NCBI GenBank assembly: GCA_053919585.1 | Contig: CM132797.1 | DNA from: Euprymna scolopes | Lineage: Eukaryota | Length of the DNA: 64,000 nucleotides | Reading direction: 5' to 3' (one strand) | Part shown: positions 36,401-46,495 of the stretch, piece by piece | Layout: each line of letters begins with the position of its first letter | Position numbering within the stretch: the first letter of the stretch is position 1 | Notes under the pieces: model-generated | Told to the model about the DNA's origin: nothing | Seen by the model: the letters and a program-made list of their open reading frames with translations, nothing else | Databases searched by the model: none | Position numbers and translations under genes: made by a program

Positions 36401-38111
36401 GGAACACTCTAATTTATATCTTTATTTAAAGATCATAAAAAAATGAATAAAATAATGTGTTGTTTTTTTTTAAACCTTTATCCCTTCATTTTGAAAATAA
36501 ACGCTAAAGTTTAAAATATGTACATTCTTTTATTTTTTAAAAAAGATTTATGAGCTGTGTAATTTTTTTATTTTTATCATGCTAAAAAAATTAAAGTTTC
36601 TTTAGTCTTTCCCTTAAAATTAAATTTGCTCTTTCGAAGATCTGCTAAAATAGCTATTTTATCTGTATCGGAACACTTAGTAAATGTTACGAAAAAAAAA
36701 AACCATGTAAAAATATTTAAAAACAAAAAAAAAATATAAACTGAAAGTTATCCCTTCTATTTATAATCATTATTTAAAGCTTAAAGTACTCACAACAAAC
36801 ATTCTCCTTTTTTCAAATAGAGTCCACGTGTTTTTAATCTCTCTTAGAGCTGATGACAGATTTATGACAAGCTTAGTGAAAGAAAGGGTAAGTGGTAAGT
36901 TAGAGAGTTACAGTATAGGGAGATAACAAAAATGGAAGTTTGTTTTGTTTTGGTAAGCTTTAACCCCAAAATGACCCATTGCCAGTCATCGTCTCTTCAC
37001 AAGGGATGGTAAATAGTGTCATTTAGTGTGAAAAAAGGAGGGGTTTTACATATTGTTCCAGAACATTATAATCATTTCTCACTCTTTCTCTCTCTTTCTG
37101 CTAAACGAACGACAGACAGACAGCCAGACAGATATTGAAAAAAAAATGACTACCAAAAAATAATTTGTTTCCTAATAAGGTTTATCATATTTTGAATATG
37201 GTAGCATATACTTAGTTTCATAACAAAACTTAAATAATAATAAAAAGCTAAAAACAAAAGTTTTATAATTACAAATAAAAATTTATATACTTTTCTTAAC
37301 TTTTTTTCCGGCATTGTTTTTTTATTTGTATAAATATTAAAATAAATTTAAACAAAAACAAATAAACTCCATGTTACACGTGTTGTTATTATCACTGGTA
37401 AGTGTTTTATTTTAATTAAGATAATCATAGTCAAAAGATTTTTTGGTTTACATATACACTTTTTATAATTTCAAGTTAAATTTTATATACACTTCAAGGC
37501 ATCCGTAGATTTCAAATGTCAGCGCTGCTGCTGATGTAAACAAAACTTCCGGCGATTCGTTGAAATTTTGGGCGGATTTTATCAACCTATCTCTGAAAAT
37601 ATTGCTTTAATTTCCAAATTTATGAATTCTTGATTATTTTTATTGTTGATTTTTGTAGAGGAATCATTCATTTACTTAATGGTCATTTATTTTCGTCTGA
37701 TAAGTTACTTTTTATATATTTATTAGATTTTTTTATTATGATTTTTGACTAAATTTTACATTTGCAACTCTCTCACGCTACGTTGTATTTCATCTGGGTC
37801 GGTGAGACTGAGTCACCAGACTCAATTCAAAACGCATTTCAAAATTATAGTATCTGACAGAACATACTTTGAACGAGCATGGAGCATCTAACGCCTACGG
37901 TTCGCACGGACAAAAATAAAACGCGTTTTCTTGTTGTGGGCATGCACTTAGGTGGCAAGAGTACGCAAGAGATCGCAGATATCCTCATAATTCCAAGGAG
38001 AACTGTTTCCTTTTGGCTGTATGAAGTTTAAAAGATTTGGAGGCTCGGCGTGCCATTAGAATTGCTTGGCGTGCCACCTGTGGCACGCGTGCCGTAGGTT
38101 GCCGACCCCTG
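33472..38111 (-). mobile_element. Complete hAT (Buster-type) transposon, 4640 bp
   Basis: 16-bp perfect TIR CAGGGGTCGGCAACCT. 8-bp TSD TGCTAGAC (NNNTANNN) at 33464-33471 and 38112-38119. Confidence 0.97.
33659..35515 (-). CDS. Intact hAT transposase, 618 aa
   Basis: BED-like CAFC...HFQTKH; SVALDESTD; TDGA; HCIIHQE; VRWLS; STYSCEQIFS; ends QGQGSH*. Upstream acceptor tatattttcag suggests a 5' UTR intron. Confidence 0.95.
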   Translation of the reverse strand: MTEKKRKLDHRPFQDNWTIEYGFVEQKDRAVCAFCCESVVCRTSSVQRHFQTKHQSKFKTSEEKGEAIKKAISGFKKQTVILSQAVGMKSKATECSYKIAQCVALNGKPFTDGEYIKEAFLSGAEVLFRDLKNKDIILSRIREIPVSARSVERRISDLAENVTTKQTTGLKQSLVFSVALDESTDVNDASRLAVVARYLENNHIYEELCCLLPLHDTTKAEDILCAFTGYFSKQDINLNKLFCVTTDGAAAMVGKKKGFVKLLENHVGRKLLSFHCIIHQEGLCAKTSSLDLVSVMKTVVEIINFLISRSSLVHRQFKSLLQEVECEYGDLLLYNNVRWLSRGKVLARFVCCLEAIKMFLDEKQKRFPQLNDESWLLKLMFMTDINTHLNELNLKLQGQGQTVLDLFSYWKAFTMKLDIFTRDINIKAFKYFPNVKNHANQFEVNTDELQEYVKALKAEFEKRSQDFYIHGSLFSYLIKPDMLDLTNAQLELFSWMDIDDFEMQQIEFRSSEIWTLKFAELRKSLEDENFEKSGAILNCWISLPSSFICLKKIAFALLSAFGSTYSCEQIFSHMKAVLSPRRSRLTPEHSENCVKLKVTKYVPDIEELAKTMQGQGSH

Positions 38112-38315
38112 TGCTAGACTATATAATGATAATCATAGACACAAATATGTCCATATATTTGTTGTTTGCACCCGACGTTATTTATTTTTTATTTTTTTAC
38201 GTGAAATGAAACCTTTTACGTTTTGACATAACGTTGGCCGTTTGTTCTTTGTCTTGTATTTTCGTTTACAAAACAGCGCCGTGTTAACGTCGACGTTGTT
38301 GTTATTATTATTTAT

Positions 38316-40191
38316 GGTCGACGAGAGTACCTAAAATGGCCGACCAGGACTGAGATATGACACGTGACCGGATGTAATGGAAGAAATATCTCATGTATTT
38401 AATTTAAGCCGTCGTTTCGTATCTTACAACATCGTATCTTACAACATATACAACAAATACTTTATTGTAACTTTTTCTTTAATAATCTATATTTAATAAA
38501 TATTTATATAAAATTATCAGAATTGAAAAAAAAGCCAAGCTGGCAACCCTGATAGGCACTTGAATGTACTTTGGCAACACGGCTCTAGCTGAAATAATTT
38601 ATTAAGGAAACAACGTAAATAAATAAATTAGAGAAAAGGGGAAAAAAACAATTTGCAACTTACCTGCATGGCATCGTCTGCTGAAATTTACGGCAAATGA
38701 GTCGTTTATAAGATATGCATTTTTTTTTAACGGTAAATGTTACCTTACCAAAACAAAACGAAGTAAAAAAAAAAAAAAAAAAAAAACGGAAAATTCATCG
38801 GCTCTAGATGAAGGGAAAAAAAACATAACGAATGAAGGTTTTTGTTCATATTTTTTTAGACAGGGTATTTATTTAGAAAAGGAAAAAAAAAAGGTTTTTG
38901 TCCATATTTTTAGACAGGGTATTTAGAAAAGGAAAAAAAAACATCACGAATGAAGGTTTTTGTTCATATTTTTAGACAGGGTATTTTTCTGTTACGTGCG
39001 TTAAGAACAGATTAAAATTTCTTATTGCTGTGTCTGTTTTCATACCATACGCTTCCCTATACATGGCCTCGTCCACATGTGACCATTTCATGTTACCTAC
39101 CGATCCAGACACATGCTTAACCTTTCTTTTAATACGGGACCAGTAGCCCTCTATACTGTTCGTACACACACCTGTGACGGGGTCTACGAAATGTTCAGAG
39201 TGATTTACTGTGCCGTGTTGGTAACCGAGTGATGTAAGCCTGCTATAACTCCTCCATTCATCTGTGAATATGGTAGACCCCGGTTCCACATTTTCTAAAA
39301 TAGCCGCTTCTAGGGTGACGGCCGTCCGGTCGGGTATTTGACGCAAAAAAACGAGTTTCGCTGTTCTCTCATAAAACCCTATTACCCATTCTTGCCTACT
39401 AACTCTGCCAACGTTATTTTTGCGTTTGAAAAGTAAACTTTCGTCTACTTCAACTATGTGTCCCGTTCCGCCCAACTTTTTTTTATCTTTTAATAACTTG
39501 CTCGTGCATATATCTCTGCAATACTCAAACCATTGAATGGCGACACCCGTAGAAACCCCACTGAAATTTGCGGAAGTAGTCACAGGTGTCTGTGAAACAA
39601 AATCGAACATAATTTGCAGTATAGTGTGAATATGGAGCTTTGACTTCTCGAAAAAGGTGCCCTTCCGCACCGACATCCTTGTACCACACATAGTGCATCT
39701 CCAACAAACTGTGTCTAGTTTAAACGCTGCAGATGGCCTGATACACATTGAATGTCCACAATCACATATTTTCTGGGTGGACACGAGCTGTTTACTTTGG
39801 GCATACTGTAATCCTTTCTCCTGGGTAAAATTAAGGAGAATTTCCATTCTTGGAGAAGTAGCCATTTTTTACAAGCGATACGGTAGAGAGAAGAGCAGTG
39901 TTGCCAAAGTAAATTCAAGTGCCTATCAGGGTTGACAGCTTGGTTTCTTTTTCAATTTTGGCTTCAAATTTGGCGTTTTTCTGATAATTTTATATAAATA
40001 TTTATAAATTATTAAAGATTAAAGAAAAAGTTACAATAAAGTATTTGTTGTATATGTTGTAAGATACGATGTTGTAAGATACGAAACGACGGCTTAAATT
40101 AAATACATGAGATATTTCTTCCATTACATCCGGTCAAGTGTCATATCTCAGTCCTGGTCGGCCATTTTGGGTACTCTCGTCTAGGTCGACC
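38316..40191 (-). mobile_element. Complete Merlin transposon, 1876 bp
   Basis: ~270-bp TIRs starting GGTCGAC (the left copy lacks 6 bp near its tip). 8-bp TSD TTATTTAT at 38308-38315 and 40192-40199. Confidence 0.95.
38972..39865 (-). CDS. Intact Merlin transposase, 297 aa
   Basis: Zinc ribbon CDCG...WRCTMC; IVEVDES; IFTDEW; VNHSEHFVDP..GVCTNSIEGYW. Confidence 0.95.
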   Translation of the reverse strand: MATSPRMEILLNFTQEKGLQYAQSKQLVSTQKICDCGHSMCIRPSAAFKLDTVCWRCTMCGTRMSVRKGTFFEKSKLHIHTILQIMFDFVSQTPVTTSANFSGVSTGVAIQWFEYCRDICTSKLLKDKKKLGGTGHIVEVDESLLFKRKNNVGRVSRQEWVIGFYERTAKLVFLRQIPDRTAVTLEAAILENVEPGSTIFTDEWRSYSRLTSLGYQHGTVNHSEHFVDPVTGVCTNSIEGYWSRIKRKVKHVSGSVGNMKWSHVDEAMYREAYGMKTDTAIRNFNLFLTHVTEKYPV

Positions 40192-40361
40192 TTATTTATT
40201 TATTTATTATTATTATTTTATTTTATTTTATTTTTTTTTTTTTTTTTTTAACATGAAATTAAGATTTTACGTTTTGACATAACGCGTCGTGTTTTTGTTT
40301 TGTTTTATATATATATACAATATCGACTACCATGCCGGGCTGTACGTTGATAACCAAACAC

Positions 40362-40392
<31 letters not shown>

Positions 40393-40493
40393 CCGGGGAA
40401 CCGCGTGTCGATAAATTAGTTGTTGTTTGCAAAGGCGACTATCGTTTAACGCCGACGCTGTTATTGTTATTTATTTTCATTTTTTGCTTGAAG

Positions 40494-40551
<58 letters not shown>

Positions 40552-41299
40552 AACAATGAGAACCACCACGCGCCGAATATACACTTGTTGCTGTGAGGGC
40601 GAGGGCCTGAAGGTGGTTAGCCAACTGACCGTACAACTAAATAATTGTAAGAAATATTTCCATTCTCTCCATGTAGCCCTTTTTTGGGGGCGCCTAGCAG
40701 TGCATGAAAAAATATAAGCAAACAACAAAATTACCTTAAAATTGAACAGACGTCTTTATTAATGTAATCCTCGAGGTTGCAAAAAAAAATGCTACACTTT
40801 TTTCAGCTGCACATAACTGGCTCGGGTATAATAGGATCTTATGATCCAAAAGTTCCCTTGGGAGTATCAGAGTTCGATTTACAGAGTTAACAGTTTATCC
40901 AGAGTTAAAGTCCATCTCCTTCTCGTTTCAACGTAAGTAGTCACTGTCGACAAGTTGAGAAATGTTTAACTTAGACTTTTCGTCTAAAAATGATTCGTTA
41001 ACATCGGCACGCTGAAACACGTTTAACTTAGATTTTTCATCATAACGGTTCACTCATGCCTTGTTGGACAAACAAGTCCGAAAATTAATTAAACCCATTT
41101 TTTAGGGTTTTTAAAATCCCCTCGTGGGGAATATCTTGAGGCAAAGGCTGCCATATGGTGCGGCGGGAAGGGTGACGTCTCCTCCGTTCGCTGTCTTGTC
41201 GAAAACTGTCTCCTGAAAAACAAACAGACACAAATTTCACGCCCAATCTCTTCCGAGTGGCGTGACAAATTATTAACCAATGATAACTCCGCTGCTACT

Positions 41300-42262
41300 G
41301 CTATAATTTCTCACAATAAACGTCAGACACAAGGGCAAAGAAGACAACAGCAGGACAAAGAAGAATGACAAATGCGGGTAGTTTAGGTTAAACGAAGTTT
41401 CGCCTTTTATTTAGGCAAACAAAAGGGTGGTAAATGTGAATTTTCCGCTGGGCGACGTTGGTCCGGGGTCTGTCGCCGGAGTATTCCGTCAGGGGGATGC
41501 TTGTCGGTTCGCCGTGAGCTGGAATGCTGGGATGACGTCGGAGAAGTCGGCGTGGTAACTGGTGCGGGTGATCGGTCGACTTGGGTCCGACTGGGACTGT
41601 ACTGATGTGTAGGCGTCAGATTATGAGAGGAATAGACGGACGAATTGGCAACACTGAGGGTTCAGTGTTCATCAGGTACGGACGGGCGCTCGGATCAGAC
41701 AGACACTGAGAAGGAGGCGTCAGTGTATACGAGATACGGACGACATGGAGATCGGAGTCGTGGTGATGAGGTGGACTTCTACAGCTGGAGACCGGAGCCA
41801 CGGTAGTGGTGGTGGACTGGACTGCTCTGCTACAGTGAAGAGACTGGAGTCACAGTGAATGCGCGAGCGTCGAACGGTGAGGAGACCGTGAGCAAGTGCA
41901 GAGCTTTGCCGAGACCAAGCTCCCGAGTGGTGGAAAATATCGCCGTATATTCGGGGGACTGCTAGTCACATGGAGTGGGCCGGACGTTGTTTCTAAACAA
42001 CAGTAAATATCAATTCTAGGATGTGTTCTTTACAAACAGTTGATGCTGAAGGAGTTCGTTGTTTGTATTTAACGAAGTTTTTCCAGGAAATTAAAGTTTG
42101 TTGTTTTGTTTTTGTTGTAGAAAAGATGTCTTTTTTAAATTTCTTTTCTAAAACGGGGCTCTGAAATCACGTGACGGCTGCTGATATTACTGGCTACTGC
42201 TGATTTCGGCCGAGGCTGTCAGTGGCCGGTCGTCTGTTGTTGTTAGCGGCCGAGCCGCGACA
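41300..42262. repeat. GC-rich solo-LTR-like repeat related to 57913-58790
   Basis: Shared caaagaagaatgaca...ccttttattt block and gaggg.tcagtgttc; ends ...GCCGCGACA. Confidence 0.5.
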
Positions 42263-42452
42263 CACTATATATATTTTTTACAAAGTTCCGTTAATATTTT
42301 GACGCGGCGTCAACCACGTGTAAATTTTTTTGTTTGTTGTTTTTTTTTTTTGTTTTTAAATTATGACATTGGATAAACAAATATAATTGTGGCAATTATA
42401 GCCTAGAAAATTGCATTTTCTGACCTGTAGATCCACGAAAGCATGTTTTCAC

Positions 42453-42786
42453 TGTAACTGCCGACCACTTCAAGGAAAAGAAAACGCCTCGACTGATGTT
42501 AATAAATTTATTGAACACCGTGAAAACTGAAAAGGAAAATATAGTATTGAACAAATGAAACAAAATGAATACATTTCAATATCAAATTGACAAGGAAATT
42601 CAGTGAGTTTTTGGAATGAAGTGAGAGTGTCACATACCATGTTGTCTCTCCGGGGTCGGCAGTCAAAAGGGGTCTGAAGTAGTTTTTTGCCCCTTTCCCC
42701 ACTACCGTCTGAGTCCGCAGTAAATAAGAGGACGGCAACAATTGGTCAATAAAGGATTGGAGAAGGGGCTATTAGCGGCAGCTACA
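42453..42786 (-). repeat. BEL 5' LTR
   Basis: ~98% identical to 28210-28543; followed on the minus strand by GTGAAAAC. Confidence 0.95.
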
Positions 42787-42791
42787 GGTGT

Positions 42792-43078
42792 TGTTGTTAG
42801 TCTCGCAACCCGCATGTTCAAAAAATAAAAATGTGTGTAAAATGGGGTTGAACAATTAAACAAAGATCACTGAGGCGGATGAATAAATTTAATACAAAAT
42901 TTATTTTCTCAAAATCGATATTAAGTGAAAAGAGAAGACAAAGTTTCTTAAGTGAGAGTCGCTTCCTGCAACTGAGGTAATGAAATGAAGGAGAAAAGTA
43001 AAAGATTCTCAGTTAGAAATAACCAGTCCTTTTTTTAGAAATAATTAACCAACAGAAAAGTCCATCGCTTACTTTAGC
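42792..43078 (-). repeat. Gypsy-type LTR fragment split by the BEL insertion (continues from 28190-28209)
   Basis: Aligns with 20135-20320 and 21850-21947 and holds only one diverged copy of the satellite unit. Confidence 0.75.
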
Positions 43079-43699
43079 CTCTGTGTCTTTTAACATGTGG
43101 GAAGAATCTTTTTGGTTTGAAAAAGTCACACAGAGCAAGATCAGGTGAATAGGAAGGTTGTTTCAGTCAGGGTTGCAGAATCGGATAGTGAAATTTCCAA
43201 CTCAGACAATTCCTAGGATTGCAACTCCCTTCGAACTCCTTAACTTCTTGACCCCTATGTGGAAAATCTATTTTGCAGATTCATATACCAGACTCCCACA
43301 CCTATTCAACAAGCATTTTATAATTATTTTTTGTGTATATTATTTTTTATGCTTAACATTCACTTGTATAATAAATATACTCACATATACACTAAACCAG
43401 CTTTATTTATATATGTATACAAGCATGTATAAATATATATTAATTATATAATTATATTATTTATACTCATGATCATTTACCAGCCTATAAGCACTTTCAA
43501 ATCTGCCGTAGCAGAGTTGCCACTTCTTTTAGCCTTTGTCCCCCCCCAATCATCTGTTATTTCATTTACCCATTCTCATAAACCTTCTTTCACAATATTA
43601 GGAAAAAAAGTTCAAATCTATAAAACTTTTAAAAGTAGGTTTTATTCATAATTATAGAACTTATAGACTACTCAATAGAAAGTTGCAAATAAAAATTTA

Positions 43700-45400
43700 A
43701 TAATTTGCTCTCAAAAACAAGATGGTTTCAGTGAGTTTCTCTTTCATTGCAGAAATTTCAATCCTCTTGCTTCTCTGTTAAGTCATCCCAGTCAATGTCT
43801 GGATTAGCCTTAGCGCTGAAAACAGACGTTCAACGCTCACTTGTTGGATGAAGTGCTGTTGCCAACGTTGCACACTCTTTCACTATATCCGAGTATTGCT
43901 TTATATCTTCATAAACATTTTACTTTGGATTTTTATCTATTTGTTCTACTTGCTGTAATGCAGCATGGAAGACTACCTTGAAACTTACTAAGGCTTTATT
44001 CACTGAAAGTGGAGTTTTAGTTGTTTCCTATAGCTGACGCCACTTTGACCTTGCTTTATGATCTTGTTAATTATCATGGCAAGGTCACAAAGTGCCGATT
44101 TTGCTTCATCTTTCTGTGTTTCAGATAACAACACTATTCATTGGGTCTACATTTACTGCCGCCAATAGAATTTTATTTTGAAGTAGTTGTACTTCTCTTT
44201 GATGCATTCACACATTGTTCCTGCAAGCAAACCATCATGGATTTCAAGAACATTCCAGGAGTGAGATCCTCTTCTTGAAGCTTTTTTGTCACTTGAAAGC
44301 TTTAAGTCTTCCAGTTTTTCAAGTTGCATCCATTGTGCTTCTGAAAGATTGACATCTGGGTTTGCCATATCGATAAGAACAGGCTTCAATTCAACAAGCC
44401 GTTTTACCATGTTTTACCAGCGAGTAACTTGGTCTATAATAGCTCCTTTTTCAATTCTTCTTTTAAGAATGGTGTCAAGCTTTGGTGTTCTTGCTGAAAT
44501 AGCAACTCTTCTGCTATAAGATTACTCGAATGATGCTCTTTAAGAACATCATTCACTGCAAGTTGGTGTGTATGAACACAACAATGCTGGTGTTCGATTT
44601 CTGAAATGCAGGCTGCTACATCACCAAACACATCTAATGAATTTGGTGTCTCTTCAAAGAAATTTAAATCCTCTTATTTCTCTGTTAAATCATTCCAGTC
44701 AATTGGCTGCCTACTGTGATTAGGCCCAGATTATTCTTCCAGAATTTCTGCTGCAAATTCTTGTGTAATATTTGAATCTTTAATTTAGTTGTTTGACAAT
44801 AATCAGCATGTTGGATGCATTGTGACAACGCATAGTACATGTCTTGCAACACTTTTTTTTACCAATTGTTTTAAGAAATTACTGGAATATTCAGCTTCAG
44901 TGTCTTTAATGGCTAAAGATTTGGTCATATTTTTCCCTTCATCCACATCCCTAACACTAACAGCAAAATAATTAACACTAACAGCAAAATAATTAACACA
45001 ATGGCGTGTGTATTCATCCATTTGCAAGTATACGAACTTGTTACTTATTTTTCTCTTCAGCTGTTCCTTTTGGTTTTCATATTCATCAATTACTATTTTC
45101 CTTATGGAATCTCTGTTTACAGCCACTCCTAGTTTTCGTGCCAGTTCATCAATCAGTGCTAAGACTTCAAGAAATGAATTTCTAGGAAATAATCTTAACA
45201 ATGTTCCTTTTGAATTCATCTGGAGTCATTGATATAGTCACTTTATCACTAACAAAAACTTGTCAGAGATGCTGTAGCATGTTCCTTTTGAATTCATCTG
45301 GAGTCATTGATATAGTCACTTTATCACTAACAAAAACTTGTCAGAGATGCTGTAGCATGTTCCTTTTGAATTCATCTGGAGTCATTGATATAGTCAATTT
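43700..45400 (-). pseudogene. Heavily degraded hAT transposase
   Basis: YLQMDEYT; HCCVHTHQLAVNDVL; IDQVTRW; SVERLFSALRL (dimerisation domain). Contains 78-bp and 21-bp tandem duplications. Confidence 0.8.
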
Positions 45401-46398
45401 TTAGATGTTTAATTCAAAATATAAAAATTACTTTATTTCAGTAATCAATTTTTGTAAACTTACAAAAAAGTAAATACATATTTAGAGTTTTCCGGACTAT
45501 TCCGTATACCAGTACAGTATTATTTGTCATTACCAAAGTCACATTACGCAATGTACAAGATTTAACCTAGATATTTCTTTTTACTATTATGGTTCTGGGT
45601 TAATGCATAAATATCTTGTACACTTCGGTCAACTTTGCAATTTTCTTTATAACATAATCGGTTTTTAATTAGATTAAGATGCTTCGTTAATTTCTTTACT
45701 CTGATTCCTATTTTTCATTGCTTTTCTTGTAAGCCTATCACTAGCAACCCGTTTTCTAGTTTGTATATTTCAAGCCACTAAATTTCTTTGATAAATGTAC
45801 GATTTTCATATTCTGAAGTAACTTTATCATAATCTAGCATATTTCTATCAAAGAAAAATGTGATAAACTATTGAAAATGAAGGAAAAAAAAAATCACTGG
45901 GAGACACTGCTTCAGTCAGAATCAACTGTTTATTGTTTAGATTAGTTAGTCGTACACAGTGCTGTCACATGGTGGCAGCATGAATTGATTTAGGCCAGTG
46001 TTTTTTGTTGGGTTTTTTTCCCCCCCGTCGGAAGGTTGTAATTCCGGATCGATACTGGACTAATCCAATTGCCAAATTCCATTTGATTCAGGCACTTGAT
46101 AACTTTTGGATTACAATCCAGTGATCTCAATCAAAGACAGAATTTTCATTAATCCTGTGTGACATCACAACCAAAACGAAAACAGCTGTCCAAACAGGAT
46201 TTGCAGCGAAATAGTGTCAACATATACACTGCACACACTTACTATTGTTTCAAAAAATATAAGCAAAACCATACAAAAATTGCTAAATTGCACAATGGGT
46301 AAAATCGAACTGGAAAACCATGTAAAAAAAAAAAAAAAAATGAACTTAATTTTAAAATTCTGACTACTTAAAAATTCAACTCATATTTATTCTAAAAC

Positions 46399-46495
46399 AT
46401 CAGGTTGACAAGAAAGTCTTTGCGGTTTTTAACTTTTAAATTCAAACATTTCAGCTCAAACAAAAATTTATTGATCGAAATGAGCATCATTAGAG
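46399..46495 (-). mobile_element. mariner 3' terminal fragment (same family as 19365-19715)
   Basis: atcaggttgacaagaaagtctttgcggtttttaac is the reverse complement of ~19679-19713. Confidence 0.8.

Larger units (their letters stand above)
28210..42786 (-). mobile_element. BEL/Pao LTR retrotransposon, internally deleted, containing ~11 kb of nested sequence
   Basis: 334-bp LTRs at 28210-28543 and 42453-42786 with ~6 differences. 5-bp TSD GGTGT at 28205-28209 and 42787-42791. PPT TTTGGTGGGAG before the 3' LTR. Confidence 0.92.

Noticed and set aside
38972-39865. Bacterial IS1595 contamination or transfer
   Set aside because: Long TIRs, 8-bp TSD and nesting among eukaryotic TEs fit the eukaryotic Merlin superfamily.
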